A DNA stretch of 64,000 bases from Planctomycetota bacterium (GTDB lineage: Bacteria; Planctomycetota; UBA1135; UBA2386), in contig JBKAGP010000001.1 in assembly GCA_046290465.1 (NCBI GenBank), forward strand, positions 2,720,001-2,784,000, in the 5' to 3' direction. Shown one piece after another: positions 55,552-64,000 of the stretch; the stretch's first letter is position 1; each line of letters begins with the position of its first letter. The notes beneath the pieces were generated by a model. That model searched no databases. It saw only the letters and a program-made list of their open reading frames with translations, and was not told the DNA's origin. Position numbers and translations under genes: made by a program.

Positions 55552-56283
55552 ATGACGATCCCAACGCCCCGTCGGACCGCCCTGCCGGTCGCGCTCCTGT
55601 CCGCGCTGCTGCTCACCGGCTGCCACCGTGGCCCGATCGAGGTCATCGACCTCGACCAGGTGCTCGACATCCTCAGCGAGGAGCTGAAGCGCCCGATCGA
55701 CGGCGCCACGCCGGAGACGGTCGAGATCGACAAGGCCGAGGACGGCAAGGTCGCCGGACTCGACGAAACCGCCGTGAAGCCGGAGATGACCCAGCAGTTC
55801 CTGACGCGCTTCGCCAAGGCGCTCAACGCGGCGCAGCTGATGACGACGCCGATCGGCGTGCGCATGGACGGCAGCGGCTCGCTCTACGGCTTCACCGACC
55901 ACGACCGCAACATGCAGCAGAACGGCAGCGACCGCGCGCTGTTCCGCATCGACATCGACCCGGACAACGGCCGGATGATCGCGACCGACCTGCAGCGGCC
56001 GCAGTACCGCCGCGACCACCACTACCGCGGCTACTACCACGGCTACGGCTACCACGGCGGCGGCGGCTTCTGGATGGGCTACATGCTCGGCTCGATGCGC
56101 GGCCGCAGCGACCGCTACTACGCCGAGCCGTCGCGGCGACGGCCTAGCTACAGCACGATGAGCATGGCGCCGCGCGGCTACCACGCGGCGGCGCAGCAGC
56201 AGGCGCGCACCCGCGCCCGTTCGCGCAGCCGCAGCTCGGCGCGTTCGCGCGGCGGTTCGAGCAGCTTCCGATCCGGCAAATGA
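55552..56283 (+). CDS. Lipoprotein with Gly/Tyr-rich and Arg/Ser-rich tail ending SGK
   Basis: Lipobox LLTGC; GGGFWMGYMLG; ARSRSRSSARSRGGSSSFRSGK; ATGA overlap with the speE-like gene. Confidence 0.78.
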   Translation: MTIPTPRRTALPVALLSALLLTGCHRGPIEVIDLDQVLDILSEELKRPIDGATPETVEIDKAEDGKVAGLDETAVKPEMTQQFLTRFAKALNAAQLMTTPIGVRMDGSGSLYGFTDHDRNMQQNGSDRALFRIDIDPDNGRMIATDLQRPQYRRDHHYRGYYHGYGYHGGGGFWMGYMLGSMRGRSDRYYAEPSRRRPSYSTMSMAPRGYHAAAQQQARTRARSRSRSSARSRGGSSSFRSGK

Positions 56284-57812
56284 CGGACGAGCCCGCGACG
56301 ATCGCGGCGACGCCGCGGCAGCTCGCGATCCTGCAGTTCGCCGTGCTGGTGGTCGCGATCTGCGCGATCATCTACGAACTGATCATCGCGACCGTCTCCA
56401 GCTACCTGCTGGGCGACTCGGTCTACCAGTTCTCGATCACGATCGGGCTGTTCATGTTCGCGATGGGCCTCGGCTCGTACGTCAGCAAGCTGCTGCGCTC
56501 GGACCTGCTGACGACGTTCCTCGCGGTCGAACTGCTGCTGGCGGTGGTCGGCGGCACCTGCTCGATCACGCTGTTCCTGGTGTTCCCGTTCGGCTCCGTC
56601 TACCGGCCGACGATGTACGTGCTGACGATCTTGGTCGGCCTGATGGTCGGCCTCGAGATCCCGATCCTGCTGCGCATCCTGGCCGAACGGGGCGGCGTGC
56701 GCGAGAGCGTCGCGCACGTGCTGAGCCTCGACTACCTGGGCGCGCTGATCGGCTCGGTGTCGTTCCCGCTGCTGCTGCTGCCAGACCTCGGGCTGTTCCG
56801 TTCGTCGTTCGCGATCGGCCTGCTCAACGTCGGCGTGGCGCTGGCGACGCTGCTGGCGTTCCGCCGCCAGATCCGCCGGGCCGGCCTGTTCGCGGCCGTC
56901 ACGGCGCTGCTCGGGGTCGGCCTCGCCGTCGGCGCCGTGCAGGCGATCGCGCTGACGGGCTTCGCCGAGGACCAGCTCTACCGCGAGCGCATCGTGCACC
57001 TGCAGCAGACCCCCTACCAGCGCGTCGTCGTCACCGTCGACGAACGCACCAACGCGCACGCGATGTACCTGGACGGGCACCTGCAGTTCCACGAGCACGA
57101 CGAATACCGCTACCACGAAGGCCTGGTGCACCCGCTGCTGTCGATGCCTGGCACGCGCGAGTCGGTGCTGATCCTCGGCGGCGGCGACGGCATGGCGGCG
57201 CGCGAGGTGCTGCGGTATCCGGACGTGCAGCGGGTCGTGCTGGTCGACATCGACCCGGCGGTGACCGGCTTCTGCCGCACGTTCCCGGCCATCAAGGCGC
57301 TCAACGGCGGCGCGCTCGACGATCCGCGGCTGACCGTCGTGCACGCCGACGCGTTCAACTACGTGCGCGAGTGCGAACTGCGCTTCGACCGCGCGGTGCT
57401 CGACCTGCCCGATCCGCACAACGAGGTGCTGGCCAAGCTCTACTCGGTCGAGTTCTACCGCCTGCTGAGGGGCGTGCTGCACGAGGCCGGCACGCTGGTC
57501 ACGCAGAGCACCAGCCCGTTCCACACCCGGCGCACGTTCGCGTCGATCGGCGCGACGCTGCGCGCGGCCGGCTTCCGGACGCTGCCCTACCAGCTGCAGG
57601 TGCCGTCGTTCGGGCCGTGGGGCTTCACGCTCGCCAGCCGCGACCACGCGCCGCGCATGCCAGCGCTACGGGTTCCGACGCGGTTCCTCAACGCCGAGCT
57701 GCTGCGAGCCGCTACCGTGTTCGGCGAGGACGACGCGCCGACCGGCGGCCTGGTCAACTCGATCTTCGAACCCAAGCTCTACGAGCTCTACCACCGCGCC
57801 AACGAGAAGTAG
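56280..57812 (+). CDS. speE: Membrane-anchored polyamine aminopropyltransferase (7 TM + spermidine synthase domain)
   Basis: IIYEL...SYLLGDSVYQFS; LDGHLQF..DEYRYHE, ILGGGDG.AARE, VDIDP, DLPDP. Confidence 0.88.
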   Translation: MTDEPATIAATPRQLAILQFAVLVVAICAIIYELIIATVSSYLLGDSVYQFSITIGLFMFAMGLGSYVSKLLRSDLLTTFLAVELLLAVVGGTCSITLFLVFPFGSVYRPTMYVLTILVGLMVGLEIPILLRILAERGGVRESVAHVLSLDYLGALIGSVSFPLLLLPDLGLFRSSFAIGLLNVGVALATLLAFRRQIRRAGLFAAVTALLGVGLAVGAVQAIALTGFAEDQLYRERIVHLQQTPYQRVVVTVDERTNAHAMYLDGHLQFHEHDEYRYHEGLVHPLLSMPGTRESVLILGGGDGMAAREVLRYPDVQRVVLVDIDPAVTGFCRTFPAIKALNGGALDDPRLTVVHADAFNYVRECELRFDRAVLDLPDPHNEVLAKLYSVEFYRLLRGVLHEAGTLVTQSTSPFHTRRTFASIGATLRAAGFRTLPYQLQVPSFGPWGFTLASRDHAPRMPALRVPTRFLNAELLRAATVFGEDDAPTGGLVNSIFEPKLYELYHRANEK

Positions 57813-57814
57813 CC

Positions 57815-58894
57815 ATGATCCTGCTCCGCCTCGTTCGCTTCAGCCGCAGGCTGCGCGCCCGACGCTCGCTGGGGTTCTTCCTGGTCGCCGGCCTGATGGC
57901 GGCCAGCATCCTCGGCAACGCGCTGTGCTTCTACCTGTTCGACAGCGCGGTCAAGCCGGAGCTGACCATCGCCGACGCGCTCTGGTACAGCGTCATCTCG
58001 ATGACGACGATCGGCTACGGCGACTTCTACGCCGAGACCACCGGCGCCCGCCTCGGCACGATCTTCTTCATCGTCATCGTCGGACTGTCGGCGTTCAGCG
58101 TGTTCCTCGGCATGCTGATCGACGGCGTCGGCTCCACCGTCACCAAGGGCAAGAAGGGGCTGCTGAAGGCCATGGCCAGAGACCACGTGCTGATCGTCAA
58201 CTTCCCGGCCGCATCGCGCGTGCGCCAGATCCTCGACGAACTGCGCTCCGACCCGCAGCACCACGGCGTCGAGATCGTGGTCGTGTCGGACCAGATCGAA
58301 GAGCTGCCGTTCGTGATCGACAACGTGCTGTTCGTGCGCGGCAGTCCGCACGACGCCGACACCTACCGGCAGGCCAACATCGACGACGCCCGTATGGCGA
58401 TCGTGCTGAGCCGCGACTACGCGGACCCGAGCAGCGACGCGGTGGCCGCGGCCGCCGTCAGCGTCATCAGCAGCCTCAAGGACGACGTGCACATCGTCGC
58501 CGAATGCCTCGACGACCGGCACCGCGCGCTGTTCGAGTCGGTGCGCTGCGACGCGATCGTGTCGGGGCTCAGCATCGCCAGCAACCTGCTGGCCCAGGAG
58601 ATCCACGATCCGGGCATCTCGCGCATGATCGAGGTGTTCACCAGCAACCGACGCGGCAGCACGCTGTTCAGCGCGCAGGTGGACAGCCGCGCCGATGCCG
58701 ACGTCCCGCGAGCACGCCGCTACGACGAACTGGCCAGGGACCTGCTCGGGCGCGGCATCAACCTGATGGCGGTCAACCGCGACGAGGACTCGCTGACCGA
58801 CCTGCGCAATATCGAGCCGCGGGCGGGCGACACGGTCATCTACGCCAGCGAACGGCGCTACAGCTGGCCCGAGCTGCTGCGCATCACATCATGA
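57815..58894 (+). CDS. 2-TM potassium channel with RCK/TrkA-N domain
   Basis: DALWY...TTIGYGD pore; DHVLIVN, VRGSP, HIVAE. Confidence 0.9.
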   Translation: MILLRLVRFSRRLRARRSLGFFLVAGLMAASILGNALCFYLFDSAVKPELTIADALWYSVISMTTIGYGDFYAETTGARLGTIFFIVIVGLSAFSVFLGMLIDGVGSTVTKGKKGLLKAMARDHVLIVNFPAASRVRQILDELRSDPQHHGVEIVVVSDQIEELPFVIDNVLFVRGSPHDADTYRQANIDDARMAIVLSRDYADPSSDAVAAAAVSVISSLKDDVHIVAECLDDRHRALFESVRCDAIVSGLSIASNLLAQEIHDPGISRMIEVFTSNRRGSTLFSAQVDSRADADVPRARRYDELARDLLGRGINLMAVNRDEDSLTDLRNIEPRAGDTVIYASERRYSWPELLRITS

Positions 58895-59762
58895 AGAAGA
58901 TCATCGCCGCGCCGCCGATCGCCACCGCGCCTTCGGCCCACGCGGCGTTGAGGTTGCGGTCGCGCTCGATCTCGACGTGCAGGCAGTCACCCGGCATCAG
59001 CACCCGGTCGGTGACGACCCGCAGCACGACCAGCACGACGAAACCGGTCAGCGCGAAGTAGCCGAACTCGCCCAGGTTCTCGGCCCAGCCGACGAAGTGG
59101 TCCTTGGACGCGCGCAGCAGCACCACGCCGACCCCGACGACGCTCAGGCCGTAGGCGACCCCGGCCGCGACGTTGTCCTTCTCGATCTGCTCGTGCAGGT
59201 CGAACTTGCTGAACGCCTGGTAGACCAGCGACCACAGCACCAGCACGACCTGGCCGAGGCCGAAGAACGCCAGCGCCGTGATCGGACCGCCGCCTTCGCC
59301 GTGCACCGCGCCGGCGATCACCAGCGCCGTCGCGACGATGCTGCCGAACACGACCGCGCCGGTGCCGGCGTTGCGGTCGTGGATCACCTCGTCGGTGACC
59401 GCGAAGCGCCGCAGCACGATCCGGTCGAGCAGGATCGTGCCGACGAACAGGCACACCAGCCCGCCGAGCGTGTAGCCGGCGACCACCAGCATCGACTGGC
59501 CGATCTCGCCCCACGTGGGGTCGAGCAGCGCGCCGTCCTCCATCTCGACGTGCTCGGGTCCGATCGACGCGCCGAGGAAGATGATCAGCACACCGAGCAG
59601 GTAGCCCGTGAATACCAGACCGACCGCCGGGTTGTCCCGCTTCGTCAGGTGCTCCTGCAACCGATAGGGCAGCGCGAACCCGACCAAGAGGCGCGCGACC
59701 ACCAGGAGCACGGTGCCGAGGGCGACGTAGGCAAGACCGTGCAGGATGCCGTGAAGGTCCAT
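58884..59762 (-). CDS. Tandem DUF350 membrane protein
   Basis: Repeated DNPAVG / RNAGTG / DNVAAG / RNLNAA motifs each before a TM helix. Confidence 0.85.
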   Translation of the reverse strand: MDLHGILHGLAYVALGTVLLVVARLLVGFALPYRLQEHLTKRDNPAVGLVFTGYLLGVLIIFLGASIGPEHVEMEDGALLDPTWGEIGQSMLVVAGYTLGGLVCLFVGTILLDRIVLRRFAVTDEVIHDRNAGTGAVVFGSIVATALVIAGAVHGEGGGPITALAFFGLGQVVLVLWSLVYQAFSKFDLHEQIEKDNVAAGVAYGLSVVGVGVVLLRASKDHFVGWAENLGEFGYFALTGFVVLVVLRVVTDRVLMPGDCLHVEIERDRNLNAAWAEGAVAIGGAAMIFFMM

Positions 59763-59778
59763 GTCGGAAGCTTAGAGG

Positions 59779-60168
59779 TCAGGAGTCGGTGCCGCGATCT
59801 TCGGTGCCGCGGTCGGCGCTGCCGGGGCCGATCGCGCGCGGGATGCGCACGATCGAGTGGGACGAACCCTGCAGGGCGCGCACCAGCGAATGGCACGCGA
59901 CCTCCGGCATCGCCGGATCCCCGCAGGTGAACACGTCGACCGCCGCGAACCCGAGTTCGGGCCAGGTATGGATCGAGATGTGCGACTGGGCGAGCAGCCC
60001 GACCGCGGTCACGCCGACGGGCTCGAACGAATGCGACACTTCGCCGAGCCAGGTCGCACCCGCGGCAGCCGCCGCGGCCCGCAAGGCCGCCAGCACGGCG
60101 GCTTCGTCGTCGAGCACGTCCCGCGGACAGCCGTTGAGTTCGAGCAGCAGATGCAGACCGGCAGCCAT
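59779..60168 (-). CDS. speD: Pyruvoyl-dependent S-adenosylmethionine decarboxylase-like proenzyme
   Basis: GLHLLLEL, HSFEPVGVT, LAQSHISIHTWPE, DVFTCG. Confidence 0.85.
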   Translation of the reverse strand: MAAGLHLLLELNGCPRDVLDDEAAVLAALRAAAAAAGATWLGEVSHSFEPVGVTAVGLLAQSHISIHTWPELGFAAVDVFTCGDPAMPEVACHSLVRALQGSSHSIVRIPRAIGPGSADRGTEDRGTDS

Positions 60169-60297
60169 CGCGTGCAACCTTAGCCGAGCCGGCCGCGGAT
60201 TCCTCGCCGCGCCGCTAGTGGGCAAAGCCCCGTCCGCACGCGTAGGCGCCGCTTCCGCGATCACGGTTGGCAGCGCGTCCACTACATGGACGCGCTC

Positions 60298-60870
60298 CTA
60301 GCCCTTGGCGCGACCGAGGTAGTCGCCGGTGCGCGTGTCGATGTTGACGACCAGGCCCTGCTCGACGTTCTCGGGCACCTGCACCACGTAGCCGGTCTCG
60401 AGCGTCGCCGGCTTGCTGCGCGAGGTCGCCGAGTTGCCCTTCACCGCGGGCATCGTCTCGGTGATCGCGAGCGCGACCGTCGCCGGCAGCTCCAGCGCGA
60501 TCGGGGTGCCGTTGTAGTAGAGCGCGCGCACGTCCTCGAGGCCGTCCTTGAGGAACTTGCGCTCCCACTCCAGGTCCTCGTGCGACAGCGCGAACTGCTC
60601 GAACGACTCACTGTCCATGAAGTGGCACATGCCCGGCTCATCGTAGAGGTACTGGACCGGCCGCTTCTCGACGTCGGCCGCCGGCACCATCTCGCCGGCA
60701 CGCCACGACTTCTCGACCCGCTGGCCGGTCTTCAGGTTGCGGCAGCGGATGTGGTAGGTCGTCGTGCCGCCACGCGCGCCGCCCGAGGCGGCCTGCGTGT
60801 TCTCGACGATGTGCGGGGCATCGTCGACGTCGATGATGACGCCCTTCTTGAGTTCGTTGCTGGAGTACAT
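60298..60870 (-). CDS. efpL: Elongation factor P-like protein (EfpL/YeiP type)
   Basis: NELKKG, loop SGGARGG, YLY...HFMD.E.FEQ, KPATLETG..VQVP, DTRTGDYLGRA. Confidence 0.8.
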   Translation of the reverse strand: MYSSNELKKGVIIDVDDAPHIVENTQAASGGARGGTTTYHIRCRNLKTGQRVEKSWRAGEMVPAADVEKRPVQYLYDEPGMCHFMDSESFEQFALSHEDLEWERKFLKDGLEDVRALYYNGTPIALELPATVALAITETMPAVKGNSATSRSKPATLETGYVVQVPENVEQGLVVNIDTRTGDYLGRAKG

Positions 60871-60965
60871 CGGCGGGAACGGTAGCGCCGCGGGCCGGCG
60901 CGAACCAGCGTCGCGGGGCCGACGGCCCGCCGATACCGCTACGCCGAACGTGCGGCCGCCCGCGG

Positions 60966-62039
60966 CTACCGCTTCTTGCCCAGCAGCTCCACCATCGCCT
61001 CCCCCATCGCGAGGCCGACGTTCATGTAGGTCTTGGCGTTCCCGCCGTAGTGGGCGTTGGAGCTCGACCCCATGCTCAGCGGATGGGTGTAGACGGTGGC
61101 GACGGCGCCCTTCAGCTTGCGGTTCTTGCCGGCGTCGCTGAGCGCGAACATGCCCTCGAGGATCTCCTTCTCGTTGCCCTTGGCGCGCCCCTTCTCGGTC
61201 TGGCCGAGCGTCGCACAGACGAACCTGGCCTTCGGCGCGTCGAACTCCTCGCGCAGCGCCGCGACGAGCCGCACCAGGTTCTCGCCGTACTTGCTGGCGA
61301 GCCCGGCGTCGTAGCGATCCTTGTCGCCCTGCCACCACAGGAAGCCGGCGATCTCGTACTTCTTGGCGCCCGGATCGTACTTGTCGAGGTCCTTCAGCAC
61401 CGCCTTCGCACGCGCGACGTCGCCCGCGAACTGGCAGCCGGCCGTCCAGCCGATCGGTTCGGGCTCGGTGCCCTTCTCCCACCGCATCGGGCTCTGCCCG
61501 TAGCCGGCGTAGACGTAGGTCTTGCCGTCCTTCGGATCGGTGAACTCGTACGACTCCGACCCCGGCGGCAGCAGGTCCCAGCCGAGACTGCGGTTGCCGA
61601 TCGAGCTCTTGAGGATCAGCACCGGCGCGTCGATCGCGTTGCCGAGCTGGTGGCCGATGCCCTGCTCGATGCCGATCTTGTTGCCCGAGATCGTCAGCCA
61701 GTCGTTGCGCTTGACGCGCGACTTGCCGGGCCCGCCACTGCCCATCACGTGCACGTTGCGCACGTCCTGCCGCCGGGTCCACGCACCGCTGTCGTCGATC
61801 AGAAACGGGTAGAGGCCCTCCTCCTTGACCGCGTGCTCGAGCGACCCTTCGCCGCCGCGCACCTTGCCCATCTCCAGCGTGTTGGACTGGCCCATGACCA
61901 CGAACACCTGCACCGGCTTGCGCATCTTGGCCGGCTTGCCGTCCGGATCGGGCAGGTCGGACTTCTGCGCCAGCAGCGACGGCGACGCGGCGAGCACCGC
62001 CAGCGCGGTGAGGAACGGAACGAAACGGCTGCAGTTCAT
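60966..62039 (-). CDS. Secreted SGNH / sialate O-acetylesterase-like protein
   Basis: Signal peptide, MGQSN, WWQGDKD, AHY. Confidence 0.8.
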   Translation of the reverse strand: MNCSRFVPFLTALAVLAASPSLLAQKSDLPDPDGKPAKMRKPVQVFVVMGQSNTLEMGKVRGGEGSLEHAVKEEGLYPFLIDDSGAWTRRQDVRNVHVMGSGGPGKSRVKRNDWLTISGNKIGIEQGIGHQLGNAIDAPVLILKSSIGNRSLGWDLLPPGSESYEFTDPKDGKTYVYAGYGQSPMRWEKGTEPEPIGWTAGCQFAGDVARAKAVLKDLDKYDPGAKKYEIAGFLWWQGDKDRYDAGLASKYGENLVRLVAALREEFDAPKARFVCATLGQTEKGRAKGNEKEILEGMFALSDAGKNRKLKGAVATVYTHPLSMGSSSNAHYGGNAKTYMNVGLAMGEAMVELLGKKR

Positions 62040-62096
62040 GGAGGGCTCCTGCGGGTTCGAGACGGGGGTGCAGATGCTACCCGCAGCCCGCGCCCG

Positions 62097-63998
62097 TTAG
62101 TCGTCCTCGGTCAACCAGCGCACCTCGACGTGGCCGTCGAGCCTGCGAACCTCGAACCTGCCGGCGCTGCCGCGAACGGCGACGCCGCGATCGAGGTGGG
62201 CCGCCGGCTCGACCGAGCGGACGCCGCCGGCGATGCCGACATCGACCTGCAGGTCGCCGGATCCCTGCGCGACCAGCTGCACCTGCAGCACCACCGGCAC
62301 CCCGTCGCGGCCGATCGCGACGAAGCGACGAACCTGCTGCGCCCCCTGTGCCGCGACCTCGCGGTGGTCGACGACCGGCAGGTAGGGCAGCCGCCGCCAC
62401 TGCCCGTCCAGCAGCGGCAAGCCGGCCCGCGCGAACGCGTCGGCGTCCGGAGGCTCGCTGACTCGGGGCAATTGGAGGTCGATCGCCGCCGCGGCAGAAA
62501 CCACCTGCTCACGCATCGACGAGCGATCGCCGGCCCCCGACCGCGCCGCGTCGACCAGCCACGCGGCGACGGGCAGCAGCGCGACGCCGGCCGGCGACTC
62601 GCCGCGTTCGCGGTCGAGCCGCGCCACGTTGAGCAGGTTGGCGACTCCGGCGTCGCCGCCGAGGACCTGCGTGCGCCATTCGCGGTAGCGCGCTTCGGGC
62701 ACGTGCGGGCCGAGCAGGCGCAGCAGGTAGTCGTCGTCGCCGGAGTCCAGCAGCGACGCGGCCAGCTCGCGCAGGCGCGGTCCTCCGAGGCGTTCGTGGT
62801 AGGCCACCACGTAGGTGGTCGGCAGCGGTGCCTCCGGACCGAACTCCAGCTCCCGGTCGCGCGAGGGTCGCACCCGCACGTACTGGTGGCGACCGTCGAC
62901 GTCGCGTTCGGCGGTCAGCTGCCACCACCGGTTGGCGTCGGTCGCCTGCACCTCGTCCCAGCCGGCCTGCCGCAACCCCGCGGCCAGCGCCTGCACCGCC
63001 GCCGCCGGGTCGTCCCCGAACGCGACCTTCCAGGTCGCCTGCGCGTCGCGCAGGAAGCCCGCACCGCGCAGCAGCGCCTGCGGCTGGTAGGGCGCCAGCA
63101 GCGCTGCCAGCTCGGGCTCGCGCCAGCTTCCCTGCGCCGCCGCCGCGCGCGGCGCGATCCGGCCGCCGTGATAGGGATCACCGAGCTGCTGCGCGATCCT
63201 GGCGCCGACGTCGCCGAGGTGCGCGACCACGTGGTCGTAGCAGGCCGTTCCCCAGACGGGGCCGAAGCGCGTCGACGCGACGTTCCAGCTGCCCTCGAGC
63301 GACGCCCCACCGGTGTCGACGAAGCGGTCGTACTCGGATGCCCAGGTGTCCTCCGAGAACGGCCGCCAGCCGGTGCCGACCTGCACCCGGCCGCTCCAGT
63401 ACGAGGCCGCGACCAGGTCCAGCGCGAACACGTCGTGCACCGACACCGACACGACCAGGTCGGCCGGCGCCGCCGGCAGTTCGTCCGCCGACTGCACGAA
63501 GCGTACCTCGGGTACTCCGGCCGCTTCGAGGCTGCGCGCGATCTGGTCGACGACGGCCGCCGACACCGGATGCCCGTCGCCGACGACCAGCGCATCGCGC
63601 ACGACCCAACCCGCGCCCCACATCCTGCTCGTACCGACGCTGCTGTGGGCGCTGCCGAAGTCGACCGCCAGCTTCATCTCGGCGGGGATCAGCGCGAACG
63701 GGCGCGCCCGTTCGGTCGGCACCATGCCACTCGACGGCACCACCAGCGGCAGGAAGCGCACCGCGACGACGAATGCGCAGGCCGCGTAGACGACCCACTT
63801 GCGCCACGATGCGCCGCGCGCCACGCCGAGCACGACGAAGACCAGGTAGGCGCCGAAGATCAACGGATCGAACGTGACCAGCGCCAGCACCCACAGCGGC
63901 TTGGGCACTCCGGCGACCTTGGTCCCGCGACCCCGGATCGCGTGGAGGATCAGGGTTAAGAACAGCGCCAGCAGCACGGCGGTGGCGAGGACGAGCAT
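62097..63998 (-). CDS. Hypothetical protein with N-terminal TM helices; start may lie beyond the window
   Basis: 633-aa ORF, three hydrophobic N-terminal segments. Confidence 0.6.
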   Translation of the reverse strand: MLVLATAVLLALFLTLILHAIRGRGTKVAGVPKPLWVLALVTFDPLIFGAYLVFVVLGVARGASWRKWVVYAACAFVVAVRFLPLVVPSSGMVPTERARPFALIPAEMKLAVDFGSAHSSVGTSRMWGAGWVVRDALVVGDGHPVSAAVVDQIARSLEAAGVPEVRFVQSADELPAAPADLVVSVSVHDVFALDLVAASYWSGRVQVGTGWRPFSEDTWASEYDRFVDTGGASLEGSWNVASTRFGPVWGTACYDHVVAHLGDVGARIAQQLGDPYHGGRIAPRAAAAQGSWREPELAALLAPYQPQALLRGAGFLRDAQATWKVAFGDDPAAAVQALAAGLRQAGWDEVQATDANRWWQLTAERDVDGRHQYVRVRPSRDRELEFGPEAPLPTTYVVAYHERLGGPRLRELAASLLDSGDDDYLLRLLGPHVPEARYREWRTQVLGGDAGVANLLNVARLDRERGESPAGVALLPVAAWLVDAARSGAGDRSSMREQVVSAAAAIDLQLPRVSEPPDADAFARAGLPLLDGQWRRLPYLPVVDHREVAAQGAQQVRRFVAIGRDGVPVVLQVQLVAQGSGDLQVDVGIAGGVRSVEPAAHLDRGVAVRGSAGRFEVRRLDGHVEVRWLTEDD

Positions 63999-64000
63999 GG

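Noticed and set aside
60298..60870. Hypusine-like modification of EF-P by the neighbouring polyamine genes
   Set aside because: The tip residue is Arg, not Lys, and no deoxyhypusine synthase is present in the window.
1..64000. Sec machinery (selA/selB/selD/tRNA-Sec), tRNA, rRNA, transposases, integrases, prophage
   Set aside because: None recognised by eye in this window; the Sec machinery would have to be encoded elsewhere.

Overview
High-GC bacterial chromosomal window, probably Planctomycetota (inferred from several ECF sigma/anti-sigma pairs and a sigma factor fused to carboxypeptidase-regulatory-like repeats). It holds about 55 genes; I saw no rRNA, tRNA, IS or CRISPR. Contents in order: the 3' end of a molybdopterin oxidoreductase operon with a TorD-type chaperone and two tandem alginate-export-family porins; trx with an ECF sigma and zinc anti-sigma; a 2006-aa DUF4011-helicase-nuclease-DUF3320 (Hhe-type defence) protein; boxC-boxB without boxA but followed by a thioredoxin-like [2Fe-2S] ferredoxin; a stand-alone NuoF-like flavoprotein; a 1206-aa protein with a voltage-sensor-like domain and no pore; dinB; tdh; a membrane polyamine module (lipoprotein, membrane SpeE, K+ channel, DUF350, SpeD-like) next to efpL. 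The main signal the ORF track misses is two genes broken by an in-frame UGA exactly at the catalytic cysteine: an exported TlpA-like protein (W-U-G-P-C) and a BCP peroxiredoxin (TPG-U-T). Each UGA is followed by a SECIS-like hairpin, so both are probably selenoproteins. Many genes also look leaderless (TANNNT 6-8 nt before the start codon). All family assignments come from motif recognition by eye, not database searches.
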